In this document: in pieces, positions 49,748 through 62,400 of the stretch
Position numbering within the stretch: the stretch's first letter is position 1
How the letters are laid out: every line of letters starts with the position of its first letter
Assembly (NCBI GenBank): GCA_050084515.1
Contig: CM114271.1
Location: 27,094,001 to 27,158,000 of the forward strand
Reading direction: 5' to 3'
DNA: 64,000 bases
Origin: Blasia pusilla
Taxonomy: Eukaryota
Notes under the pieces: model-generated
Seen by the model: only the letters and a program-made list of their open reading frames with translations
Told to the model about the DNA's origin: nothing
The model's database searches: none
Position numbers and translations under genes: made by a program

Positions 49748-52374
49748 TGGACCCTTAAAATTTGCACCGCAATCCAAAGTTCCAACTTTCATTCCAACTA
49801 TAGGAGCTTCGATGGTAAATCGCTCGCGGGATTGCAACACCTCCTTGGACGTGGCTTGCACCACTACTCTACTTGATTGATTTATCACACTCGGGGAAGG
49901 CAAAAAGGGCCGACGTAGCTCGAGCACTTAATCTTCTTAGACTTACCACACCCCGGGAAGGCAAAAGTGGACCGCACAGCTCAAGTACTCAAGCAATCAT
50001 GTGGCAATGGACTCTCAACTTCTGCTTCCTATCTAGCTTGCTTCCCTTTGCCCTCTCTCTCGTTGCCTTGTTGCACTTTCGTCTCCGCCTTGCTCTCCTT
50101 ACCTTCACATTTTCGCTCAGATGTCTCTTATTGCCTGACCCTCATACCAGTCAGCCCGTCTGGTTCATACTCCCTCGCTCACACTCCCTTGCTCAATCCC
50201 CCCCCCAATCCGTAGCTAAACCCTTCTTTGCTCGCGTGCCATGAGCACGCGATGTCATATGCCACGTAGGGTAATGAAAATTTGGAAGCCCTATTTTTCT
50301 CATTTTTTCTCATCTAAGTTCATATGTACCTTATTTCTCATTAGTTTAGGACTTCACATGTTTAGTCATTTTTCATTTCTGACACTATTGAGTCATATAA
50401 ATTTTTAGTATGACTACACACAAGACTGACTAGTTACTAAGTCATTTCAAATATGACTCTGCCATATCCTAAGATTTCTCTATGACTCAGTCATAATTTT
50501 ATATGACTAAAAAATTATTATTAAATGGGATGATATGAATGCTATCCAACTAGCAGACATTCTAGCCATATGTTTGGGTCATGAAGAACCTCAGTCATTT
50601 TAGTACTAGTCATAAAAACCACTTTTTTCTTCTAGTGATCTCTTGGGCATATATGTGGGAGAACTCATAGTAATCGTCCATAGGCACCCCCTCTAAATGC
50701 TGGAACATACCGTTCTATGTTGTGAACGGGTTGAAATCTTTGAAGTTTCTAACCCGCTGTGAGTCATACCAACTCCTAAACTCCGCAATGAAGTCGTGTA
50801 GCTCTATAGTGTGTATAGCACTTGAAAACCTACGCGGTCCTCTATCCCAGTCGTCCATCTCGTATGTCCAATTGGTAGGACCATTCAATGTGTGCGGTAA
50901 ATCACTAACACACTCCTCTACACTCCCTCCCTTGTCTAAAGATGACAAAGAAGGAGGTTGCGCTCGTCCCTCACATGAGACCCTTGGAACCTCGCGCCAC
51001 TCCGCGTAAACCCTCTAGAGCTACTCTAAGGTCTACCACCTCGACTATCAAAGTCCCAAAAGGACGCCGTGATGACCCTCGTATCCCTCTCACGCAGTCA
51101 TTCTCAATCTCGCAAGGAGTCACTCAATCACTCAAACTAAACATGCGGCACTCAATCTACACCCTCTCATTGAGACGTGTATTGTGCAGCAACAAGCGGC
51201 CTGATACGACAAATCAGCTTTTGTCTTATCATCTCTTTGACACACATACCCTCAACTGCGAACATCCCACACAGGTCTATGTCCCTTAAACCCATACATC
51301 AACGATGCTCTCAGCATCTGCACGAAACCCAATATCCCCAAATAAGTACCCAATACCCTGAGATTCCTAACACGTGCAAGGCAAAATAATAGAATGGGTT
51401 ACCTAAACAAATGTCAATTTCCCCTCAGCAATTGCAAACCTCGACCCCAACTAGGTCGTGAAGAAAACTCCTCAAAGCAGCTAGTTGTACTCTTCTTCAA
51501 CTGACGATGCTCAAATCTCCTTAATATGCGGTGCGGGTCAGCCGGACGGTGCAGCACAGAATGGTACAATCGTAATGACACTCGGGAATAGGTGCAGCAC
51601 TGAACGGCGTACCCTCCTCAATCAACAAAACACAATCAATTCCCCTAATGATGGTGCGGCTCTACGATCGAGATAGTGCGGCGTGTCACGACTGTTAGGA
51701 TAGATTGGTGGGATCTAGCAGAGCGTCTTCACGAGTAGTGGAGGATAGGCCCAGGAGGTCGAGAATGATTTTTTAAGGCCCCGGGAAACCTGAGAGAGCA
51801 GGTTTCCCCTTCGTTTCGGTTCATTTGGAGCCATCTAGAGAAACTTACTATTTCGAGTAAGTTTCCATGTTGGGGATCATTGACTTTCTATTTTTGGTAA
51901 GTGGCCCTTGACCTCCTACATCAGGTCAAGAGCCAAGGAGGAGACTTGGGAGGATAGGTTACTATGGAGAGGGGAGGGGTATACCTCAAGGCGAGAGAGC
52001 TTGAGAGCTCATTATCTCTTTGTTGAACCTCTTGGCATGAGGCGGCGGAGCTATGGTCCCTTGCCTTGTGAGTGTAACCCAAGCCTCTCATTAGGAGAGT
52101 GGATTTGGTTTGACATGAGAGAGAGTGCACACCTTCGAGAGCTATGGTGTGAGATAGTGTAGAGAGAGATTGGATCTTACTTTACAAAGAGAGAATTGAT
52201 AGCTACAATACGGGAGCTTGCTGGAGTTTCGTTGTGTTTGCAGATGGTGCGCGATTTGGAGCTGCGAGCAGGAAGTTATGGCCAATTTTAGGGTAAAAAT
52301 CAAAACCCTAAAGCAGCAGCCGCCATTGGCGGTGCCGTCATCGTCGACCGCCGTCACTGTCGCCGTCGTCCAGG

Positions 52375-52815
52375 CTGTCAACCCATCGCCAGGACGTCAA
52401 CCCATCGCCAAGATGTCAACCCGTCGTCCAGGCCGTCAACCTGTCGCCAGGACGTCAACCCGTTGGCCAAGACGTCAACCCGTCGCCAGGACGTCAACCC
52501 GTCGCCAGGACGTCAACCCGTCGCCAGGACGTCAACCCGTCGCCAGGACGTCAACCCGTCGCCAGGCTGTCAACCCGTCGTCCAGGTCGTCAACCCGTCC
52601 CCAGGACGTCAACTTGTCGTCCAGGCCATCAACCCGTCGCCAAGACGTCAACCCATCGCCAAGTCGTCCACGTGTCGCCAGGCCATCCACCCGTCGCCAG
52701 GCCGTCAACTCGTCGTCAGGCCGTCAACTCATCGCCGAGGCCGTCAACCCGTCGCCAGGCCGTCAACCCTTCCCTAGGACGTCAACCCTTCGCGAGGCCC
52801 TTCAACCCGTCAACT
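52375..52815 (+). repeat. 19-bp tandem array (CGTCAACCCGTCGCCAGGA)n in the 5' UTR of G1 copy d
   Basis: About 20 or more head-to-tail imperfect units with no spacers. Confidence 0.95.
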
Positions 52816-55800
52816 GGCCCATTACCTGTCAAGCTGCCGTCTACCGACTGGAGTACTATTCTGGACGACGTGTGACCCAGTGATTTATGGGGTCCGAGCT
52901 TTCTAGCCGCATTATTATGTTTTGAGTTGGTAGCGGCTCCACGAAGATCGAGGACCGTGACGTGACGCCCGTAGCCGCAACGCCCGTAGTCGCAACGTGC
53001 CGCCAATTGCAGCGCCGTGCCGCTCGTGGCCGCACCACACCGTCTCGATTGCAGAGCCGCATCGTCATTGTGGAGCACATTGTGTTTTGCTGGTTTGAGG
53101 AGTTTGGCTTCACGAAGGAGTTGGGGTCGAGGTTTGCAGCTTGGTGCGGAGCGATTCAACATTTATTGAGGTTACCCATTCTGGTCCTTTACCCTGCACG
53201 TGTGGGGGATTGTGGGATTTGGGTTGTTGATTTGGAGATATTAGGTTTTGTGGATGCTAAGAGCATCATTTATGTATGTGGTTTAGGGGACATAGACCTG
53301 TGTGGGATGTCCGGAGTTGAGGGTAGGTTGTCGATGAGATGATAGCCTTGTCAATTTGCCGCACCACGCCGCTTGTTGCCGCACGTTACACGACTCGGGG
53401 AAAGAGAGTGTAGATCGAGTGCCGCATGTTTGGGATGAGTGATTGAGGGATTACTCACGAGGTTGAGAGTGATCAAGTGAGAGGGGCACGAGGGTCATCA
53501 CGGCGTCCGTTTGGGACTTTGAGAGGCGAGTTGGTGAACCCGAGAGTAGCTCTAGAGGTTTTACGCGGAGTGGCGTAAGGTTCCGAGGGTCTCCACGTGA
53601 GGGACCACCTCGACCTCCTTCTATGTCATCGTCAGACGAGGGGGAGGGTGTAGAGGAGTTTGTGAGCACATCGCCACACATTGTGAGTGGTCCTACCAGT
53701 TGGGCGTACGAGATGGACGACCGGGGTAGAGGACCGTGTAGGTTTTCAGGTGCAATAGGCACGATTGAGTTGCACAATTTCATAGCAGAGTTTAGGTGTT
53801 GGTGCGACTCCCATCGGGCCACAAACTCTAGAGAGTTCAATACGTTTACAACATGGAATGGTATGTTCGAGCATTTAGAGGGGGCGCCCATGGACGATTA
53901 CCATGAGTTCTCTCAGAGATATGCACGTGAGATCGAGGCGTGGAGGCTCGACTATGACCCACATTATGTGTCATGGACGGAGCCATTCCCAGATGAGGAG
54001 GAGGAGTTAGGAGAGGCTACTTCCTCTTCCACTAGTGACATTTTAGGAGGGATCACTCCCACAGGAGCAGTTGCACCGTCTAGTCGGGTTTGTCCCAGGT
54101 TCAACCATGTGGTTGAGTTCTTTGCTGAGTTGAGGGCGAACTACAAAGGGGTACGGATGGAGAAGTTGCGGAACATCCATGACTTCCAGAGGCACCCGGG
54201 TGAGAGTTTGCGTGAGGCTTACACTTGCTTGCGTCGGTTGATCAACGTCACTCAGGGGGTGACAGAGGCTCAGGCTATCCAATCATGGTACGCGATGCTA
54301 GACCGGACCCTGCGGACACAGGTGCGGGAGGGGGTGCTTCTTATGAACACCTCCCCTACGTTGAGAGATATTTTTAGGACCGCCGAGAACATTGAGTGCA
54401 AAATGGCGGAGGAGAGCGTAGCCACCATGGGTTATGGGCGAGCGATCCACGATTATCGCACCACCACGTGCGGCAAAGAACGTGACTCGAGATAGGTCAA
54501 CTGTGGCACCACGAGCTCAGGGAGGATACCGGGAGGCCGTGCCACAGAGACCTACGCCTTCATATGCGGCTCAACAGCAGCCGCCTCCTATTACTTGTTG
54601 GTCATGTGGTGGAGCCCATCATCAGCACGATTGCACTCGTCAGGGTCATAGACGTGGGCCTCAGCATGGAGGAGGAGATGGTGCTGCACCAGGAGGTTAT
54701 CAGTGTGACTATTGTCAGAGGTATGGTCATACACGCGCAAGGTGTTTCAGTTTACATCCTGAGTTACGTCCGGACCGAGGGCCAGAGAGGGCACCAGAGC
54801 GAGTAGCCGATCCGGGTGGGCCTCGAGATCGTGGACTAGGTGGTTCCGTTGGGGGACGAGGAGCTGGAGTTGCCCGACAGGGTGGTGGAGCAGTCCGTGG
54901 AGGAGGAAGAGTACCACCACCTATACGCGCGGAGGGAGACGCCAAACGTGAGGCTGGGATGGCTGCTCAGATACAGCAGCTACAGGAGCAGATTGCCGCT
55001 ATGGCATTGAGGTTACCCGATGCCGGATCCGTGGCATCGACATCATATGGAGCAGCCAGAGATCTGGAGGATTCTGGTTGGATGTGCGGGGTTGCCCAGA
55101 TGGAAGCCGCCGCAGTTGTGACACCTAGAGCAGCCGTAGAGTTGGATCCACAGCTAGGGGAAGCCAGAAAACAAAATAGGCTTCCTCAGTCTTTCACGTT
55201 GTCTGAAGCGATGAGGACCCCATCGATGGGTCCTCATCAAAGTTCCTTGAGAGTTGGTGATGTTTTTGGTGTGCAAGCACGGAGGGCAATGGGAGAAGCG
55301 AGTGGGACGACTCCTATTGTTGATGCTCAGGAGGGGCATATGTCGAGCACGTTGTTGGGGGCGGCCACCGTTGTGTACCGCACTCCTTTATTTTCTGCAT
55401 CCGATGTTTATGACGTTGGGGGGTACGCCTGCCGAGGCTTTTAGGCTGGCCGCTTTGCTATGTGAGCGCGGAGTTGGAGTTTCTACATCACGTTCAGAGG
55501 TGATTGCAGAGGAAGTGATGGACCTGCCCTTGGAGCGGATGCTCGGACCGTCCACATCAAATTCATGGCAGGCTGCAGCTGCTAGGATGGCGGAGATGCC
55601 CGCTAGACTCGCGATAGAGCATGCCATGGCTTCTCTTGGTGTTGTGTTGCTGGATAACCGAGGAGATATCTTCCAGTTGGGGAGTCATGGAGGTAGAGCT
55701 TTTAGTCCGCACCGCGTCTTGTTGGATTCAGCAGCGCAACCCCTGATGTTGGGGAAAGTGTCATTCAGAGGATTGGGCTTGACGAGAGCCGATGTGGAGC

Positions 55801-56435
55801 GTTGTCCATTCCGGATACAAACATCCTTCGGTGGAGCAAGTACCACACAGTATATCATCCGACAAGAGGTCGTGGTGAGGATTTTCCAGGGACATCCTAC
55901 AGATGAGTCCGTGGTGCGCGCCAAGGCGATAGTGACTGATGCAGAGTCCTACGACGTCTTGGTTGGTGGAGCAGTGTTATACCCGATGGGGTTTTCCCTG
56001 GATCATTGGGAGGAGTCAGTGTCCTACAAATCAAGATGGCAGTCCGGTGATGGGCACCTAAGCTCATTACCCGTTCGATTCACAGGTGCAGTGATCGAGC
56101 AACGGCCAGGAGAGATGGAAACCTTAGCAGCATTTAGCAGTGCCATCACTTGGCCTAGTGATTTGATTGAGGGACACGTCTATGCAGAGGATACTCCCAT
56201 TCCTGACATTTCTATGGAGAGGTGTTTTATGGTAGCTGCATCATTCCGTGGAGGAGAGGTGCCGTTGTGGGGCTCGACTGAGGAGCTTTGACGATTGGCA
56301 CATGAGCACGTGCAGACCGCGTGGAGCGAGGCGTTTGCACCGGAGCGTGACAGGTCTGAGGAACCCGAGGTAGCTGGGAGTGCTACGATGACACCCTTGG
56401 ATACCACACCCATTGTGTGTTGTACCCCGGAGGAG

Positions 56436-57395
56436 GGTATTCAAGTGTTAGATCTCTTTGGAGGGATTAGCACCGGGTTAGCTGCTATTTTGCAAGCAGG
56501 AGTGCGAGTACAGCAATACCTGTATGTGGAGAGTGATGATGTTGCGAGGCGCGTCTCACTACGACATGTGGCGAACTTACGCCTACGTTTTCTCGACTTA
56601 TTGTGTGCGTCCGCAGTATAGGGGTACCATAGTTCCCTACCGAGGGATATTTCGTTGTTGGGGGCGCAAGACTTAGAGCGGGTAGGGACCATTGATTTGG
56701 TCATTGCCGGTTGGCCATGTCACGGCCAATCGAGTGTTGGACGAGGCAACGGGTTGGTTGACACTCGGTCCATGTTGTTTTGGGAGATGTTGAGGGTCTT
56801 ACGGAAATTGCAAGAGCACCAGTCTCGTTCTCCAACCTATATTCTGGAGAATGTGCCGATCTTAGGAGACTCCAGGTCACGGGTGGTGACGAGTGCTCAT
56901 CAGGTGCATGCCTAGATCGGCCCAGCAGTGTTCTACGATGCGGCGAGTGTAGGTTCTAGAGCCCATCGCCCGCATCTATGGTGGACCAACTTGGTCCCCC
57001 ATGCGGTGTTATGGAGGGCGTATGCGAGATTGGAGCGCCCCTCCCATTTGTTTGTGGATTCCATTCTGGATCCAGGTCGTCGATCATAGGTAGTGAGGCA
57101 CGATGATCGACCACTGTTGACTGTGGTCAACACAATAGGCAGGCGCCGCGGGAGGCTTGCCAACGTTTGTGAGTTTTCCCACTTCCTATGCATACAAGGA
57201 GGCCGGTCCTGGCTTGGTTTGGGATGACCAAGTTCAGAAGTTGGTGGAGCCCAACGCCGACGAGAGAGAGAGAGCGAGCGATGGGATTTGCCATAGGAGT
57301 GACAGTAGTACCATCAGTGTCAAAGGCATCACGACGCCATGTCTTGGGTCATGCGATGGACCTGAACTTCTTGACATGGATCCTTAGCTTGGGAG
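56436..57395 (+). pseudogene. C5 cytosine DNA methyltransferase domain (DNMT3-like) embedded in gypsy pol
   Basis: Motifs in canonical order: I IQVLDLFGGIS, II YLYVE, IV IDLVIAGWPCHGQS (catalytic PC), V SMLFWEMLRVL, VI YILENV, VIII DAASVGSRAHRPHLWWTNL, IX ERER-AMGF, X RRHVLGHAM. Motifs I-VIII are in the same frame as the upstream protease, with a few premature stops; frameshifts follow. Confidence 0.92.
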
Positions 57396-59423
57396 TGGCT
57401 GAGCAGCGTCGTATGAGATCGCGACAGATCAGAGCGGTTGCGTTGGTGAGCCCAATGCCTACCGAGATGGTGGAGGCAGTGGCAAGGGGCGAGACCTACA
57501 AGCAAATCTACGCACCATGGGAGATCGGAAGAGATACCCTTGGACTTATTGGGATGTTTTGCACGTACGCAAGGAGATGATAGCCACAGCATCGAGCATG
57601 GTTTCGGGCACTGCACGTGGAGGAGATCAGAGTTTGCAGTTGGCTACAGGAGAGCGGCCGAGTGTTGTTGTTCGAGACAGGGTTGCACCATAGCAACCAC
57701 CGATACCCGCGCCGAAGAGTCCTACCGTAGTCACGATGGAGACTTGGGAGCCAAATATGGGCCCTAAGTTGACAGGAGGAGAGCGGCGCCGAATACATCA
57801 GTTCCTCAGGAGTTATAGGAGCTGCTTTGCATTTAGCATGGAGGATTTGGGTAGGCTGAAGGGACCAGGGATCCGCATTGAGTTGTCGAGTGATACGTCG
57901 ATCTTCCGACGACCCTACAGGTACAGTGATATGGAGAGGGCTCTGATTCAAAGTAGGAGCCAGGACTTGGTCGAAGCAAGACTATTGGAGATATCACATG
58001 GGGAGTATGCATCTGCCACAGTCATGCCCGCCAAGAAGGATGTGCATGGCAACTCGACGGACAGTCGGATGTGTGGGGATTACCGACCTATCAATCGGCA
58101 GACAAAGTCCGATAGGTATGCCATGCCCACCCCTGAGGAGATCTTTGATGCAATTGGTCACACAAAGGTCTTCAATTCATTGGATTTGCGAGCCGGATAC
58201 CATCAGTTGCCTATCAGATTGGAGGACAGGCAGAAGACGACATTTTGGGGCATCGATCCTCACGGGAAGGATTGTTTGTACCAGTGGCGGTTCTTACCAT
58301 TTGGGTTAAAGAACGCCCCGGCTGAGTTTCAGAGGGTTATGGATAGGATCTTGGCTCGTCTGGATTTTGCTAGTTGTTATATTGATGACATCGTAGTCTT
58401 TAGCGCCACGGTTGAGGAGCATGAGCGACATCTAGAGGAGGTGTTTCGACGATTGCAATTACATGGGCTAAAGCTACATCCAGGAAAATGCAAGTTCTTC
58501 TACGACCAGATTGAGTACTTGGGTCATATGATATACCCAAGGGGCCTTGGTGTTTAGCAGACGAAGGTAGAGGCTATCTCACGCATTCCACGCCCTACAG
58601 ATGTGAGCCGTGTTCACGCATTCATGGGATTGGGGAACTTCTATCGGCAATACCTCAAGGGATTCAGTTTGATTGCGAAGCCGCTGACCTTGCTGACCAA
58701 GGTGGATCACGAGTGGCACTGGGGGGATGAGCAGGAGAGAGCATTTCAGTTGCTCAAGGATAGGTTGGCGTCCGCGCCCATCTTGAGGAGACCGATAAGG
58801 GGGCGTCTTTTCTAGTTGCACACAAATTGGAGCATGTTAGGGCTTGGAGCGGTGCTCACCCAACATGATGATGAGGGTAGAGAGTTTGTGGTGGCTTACG
58901 CTAGCCGCTTGAACAACGCTGCAAAGGCGAATTGCAGCTCGTATGAGGGTGAGTGCTTGGCTGCGGTGTGGGCTGTGGCACATTTTAGGTGTTACTTATT
59001 CGGCAACCCCTTTACCATCATCACTGATCATCAACCACTGAAGTGGTTGATGAAGTCCGACAAGCTTATAGGGAAGCTTGCGAGATGGGCTCTGTTGTTG
59101 CAGGAGTTTGATTTTTAGGTGGTACATAGACCTAGGACGCTCAACCAGGATGCAGATGGGTTGAGTCGTAACCCATGCCCGAGTCAGCAAGATGCGACTG
59201 GAGCTCGATGGCATGGAGAGAGTGATGAGGAGTCAGTGTCAGGATGGTACGCGTCAGCCTATTTAGGCATGTTGGCTATGGAGAGCCAGAGTGTGAATCC
59301 TTTGATGGCAAGGTCTAGTGGAGAGTCCTTGGATCCCGAGGCCAGTGAGGACACGACAAGTGGTCGAGATATTCATGATGATGGAATAGTCTTGGATTAC
59401 CTTCGTACTGGCAGCGTTGCGAG

Positions 59424-62400
59424 GTGCGGTAAGAGGAGAGGAAGAGAGGAAGAGAGGAGAGAGGAGAGAGGAGAGAGGAAACTAGGGTCAACCGAAATAG
59501 ATACTTTTTTTTGAAGAGAGTTTCCGTTGGGTTGAAGAGAGGAAAATTTTTGTTTGAAATTTTTTGCACTTTTTTGTTCATATATTAAGCAGTCCCACAG
59601 TTTTTTTTTCCTCTTCCATATTTTGGCAACCCCTCTGAGTCCGACGAGTTGCAAATTGCACAAAATTTAGAAACCTGAAAAATCAGTGGAATCATAAGTG
59701 TGGAACCAATCACTTTTTCCATCCAAGGTCTGGAAAAAATCTGTCATTTGCCCGGGGCTGCATAGAGTTCAAGCTCAAAGTGAAGGTTGAGAAAAAAATA
59801 AAAGTACAATCTAAAACCTCATTTTGCATCCTCAAAGTGGGTTTTTTAAAATACTTTGAACTTCTTTGAGGGGCAGAATTGGTTGGTGGATTCCTACTCC
59901 TACCTCCGACTCTCTTAAAACTACCAGCAACACATAGTACATGTGCTTACAAGGGAAATACCTTTTGCCACTTGTCTCTCTTTCGACAAAGTTATCACAT
60001 GAACATGTGGGAAAGCAACAGATGTGCACCACATACACCCCTGTGACACTTGAATTAACAGTGTTGTTCCTGACCCAATACATCCTTCCTATTCCATTGC
60101 CACTCAAGACATCTTTCGTGGCGATGATCTCCATTTTTGCCTCCCGAGTTGATGCAATTCGCTTTGCTCTCTCCACCGTTGGCCTGCACATTATGTTTCT
60201 CTTCACCCCATTTCTAGACTCAAACAGAAATAATGGATTGAGATCATCCACCTTCTCCGGGTACATGTTGACATCAATCTTGGGTTGAATACGAAATGCA
60301 AAGCTCTCTATAATGCGAACATGCTCCGAACTTCCCCCGTCTACGAGTCTGAAACCGACACTTGTAAGATTGTCCACTTCGTCTTGAGTGCAGTTCGTAC
60401 CTGCGGCGATGGGCCAAATCGTGGGGGTATTCCCGGGAGCTCCAATGGCAGCCAGATAAGACTTACGGAAAGCACAAGATTCATTTGGGCAGAAGAAGTA
60501 CTTCAATTGATCCCCAGTCCTCGTGAAATGATCAAAGGTTTTGAGTTCCCAAAACCCAGGCAATGGTCGTCTAGTCCTTGTACAGTTCTTATTTAGGAAA
60601 GTGCCGCATGCTCTCCTAATGCCATCAGATCCTACCCTGCAGGTGGGTCCACGTCCTGGGTTGCTCCGAGATATATGCCACCGTTTTAGGTTGCAATCCA
60701 CCTCCATTACCGGAATCCCATATTGTTGAACCATCCCAGTGACAGGATGTTGCGAACTTCCAACAACGGAGGGCTTTTGAAATAATAAAACATTCACTGA
60801 TTTTGGAGAAGTAACTCCATCACGGATTTGGGACGGGTCCGGGGTCCCCGAATACCTGGGCGGCATAATTTCCTCATCCAAATCAATCACCGGATTCGTT
60901 CCTCGATGTTGCCTCTTCACCTGCCTGAAGTCAAGATACTTATCTGGTCTCCACGAGTCTCGCTCGGACTGCTCTACCACCATCTGTATGGGACGTCTTG
61001 AAACCCGCCCATGAATATCCCCACCAATGTGTACGTCTTGCTCGAGTGGAGTTCCAGCTACGCACCGGTTGAAGGCTTCCACATACATTTTTTCATCACC
61101 AGATCTCACAGCCGCCCTAACATAGAGCTCGTAGATCGACGGCCCCTTTCCTTTTGTTATGCCTTTTGTGAGGAAGATATGGGATGCTGCAAACTGTAGC
61201 ATTGCTCTTGCCTGGTCTTGTGGGCATGCCTCCACAAGTGAAATTCGTTGGCATGCTTGTGACGACCTCCAAGAGGAATGAACACTTTCTGCTCCACTTG
61301 TGTTGGGGCAGAGGGCATTTTCATGAACGTTCAATCCCTGCAACGACGGCAATGTTAGAAGGGAACGAAAATAACTCAGGAGTCAAAGAAATAAGTGACC
61401 TGTCGGAACCAGATGGGTTGTAGGCCCGAGATATCCCATGAACGACTCTGCGACCCGTCGGGTCCCGACGTGTTGTAACCTTAAACCCACCTACTGCAAC
61501 CCGTCGGAACCGGACGGGTTGCAAGGCCGAGGCATCCCATGAACGACTCTGTGACCCATCGGGTCCCGATGGGTTGCACACTCGGGTTGCACCAAACATC
61601 TGGATGCAACCCGTTGGTTTCCGTCGGGTTGCACCCTGTGGCAACCCGTCGGTTTCCGTCGGGTTGCACACTCGGGCAACCCGTCGCATCCAACAGCTTG
61701 CTTGGTTTCTTCCATTTGAAATCCATATAGTTCCCACGCTTCTCACCCTGAGCTACAACTTTACAAACAATTCTCAGCGTGAGCTTGACAAGACAAAATA
61801 GTGAACTCACCTGCCGCATGAAGTTTCCCCATTGTCTCATACGTACAGTCCACCAACTCAACCAAGAGCACAACTCTTTGTACTTCCCCTCAATCGCATG
61901 CTTCCTCCACCACCCATGAAGTTCTTCCTGGCATTCCATGGCCTGCTTCAAGGTTTTGCTGTCCTTGCAGCGTTGGAGTAGAGTGACATGCTCTGTCCTC
62001 TTATTCTCCTTGATGCAAGATTTGGTGTACCGGGTCACAGACTGTTGCCAATGGAAAACATCTGACCTTTCCCTCTCCGGTTGAACCACTCCACCCGAGA
62101 ACACTTCCCGGATAGCAATCCACCTAGGTTGTGCATTGTCCGCCATGAACCCATAAATTTTCGGAGGTGGCCTTTTGTTTTCCTTCACCACCTCTAATAA
62201 GAGTAACCATCACATCTTCAAACTACCAATGTCTTCTGCCTTTACTTCATAGACAAATGTAGTTTTGAGTCCCTTCTCCACATGGTCATAAACGTGAGCA
62301 CCCATCGTCAACCATCCGTTCAGCACTCTGTAGCAAATATCAAAGCTTACCCAACTCCCGTAAAGATCTTCCCCTTCCCTCATTCGATCTATAAGATCGA

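Larger units (their letters stand above)
51684..59423 (+). mobile_element. G1 gypsy family, copy d (best preserved): B repeat, 5' UTR, gag, protease, DNA methyltransferase, RT, RNase H
   Basis: Starts TGTCACG (B, 51684-52183). gag 53623-55440 with knuckles CWSCGGAHHQHDC and CDYCQRYGHTRARC. Protease VLLDSAA...DVLVG ~55710-55990. DNMT ~56436-57395. RT 57736-58600 (DYRPIN, LDLRAGYHQ, PFGLKNAP..FQR, YIDD). RNase H 58800-59170. Cut before the integrase by a Mutator-like insertion. Confidence 0.95.

Noticed and set aside
52375-52815. CRISPR-like array
   Set aside because: The units are head-to-tail with no unique spacers, there are no cas genes, and the context is a eukaryotic retrotransposon.
56436-57395. 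Host DRM/DNMT3 gene or bacterial restriction-modification contaminant
   Set aside because: Intron-less, in frame with a retroviral-type protease, flanked by gag and RT, and present at the same position in a second copy. The motif order is not permuted as in DRM.
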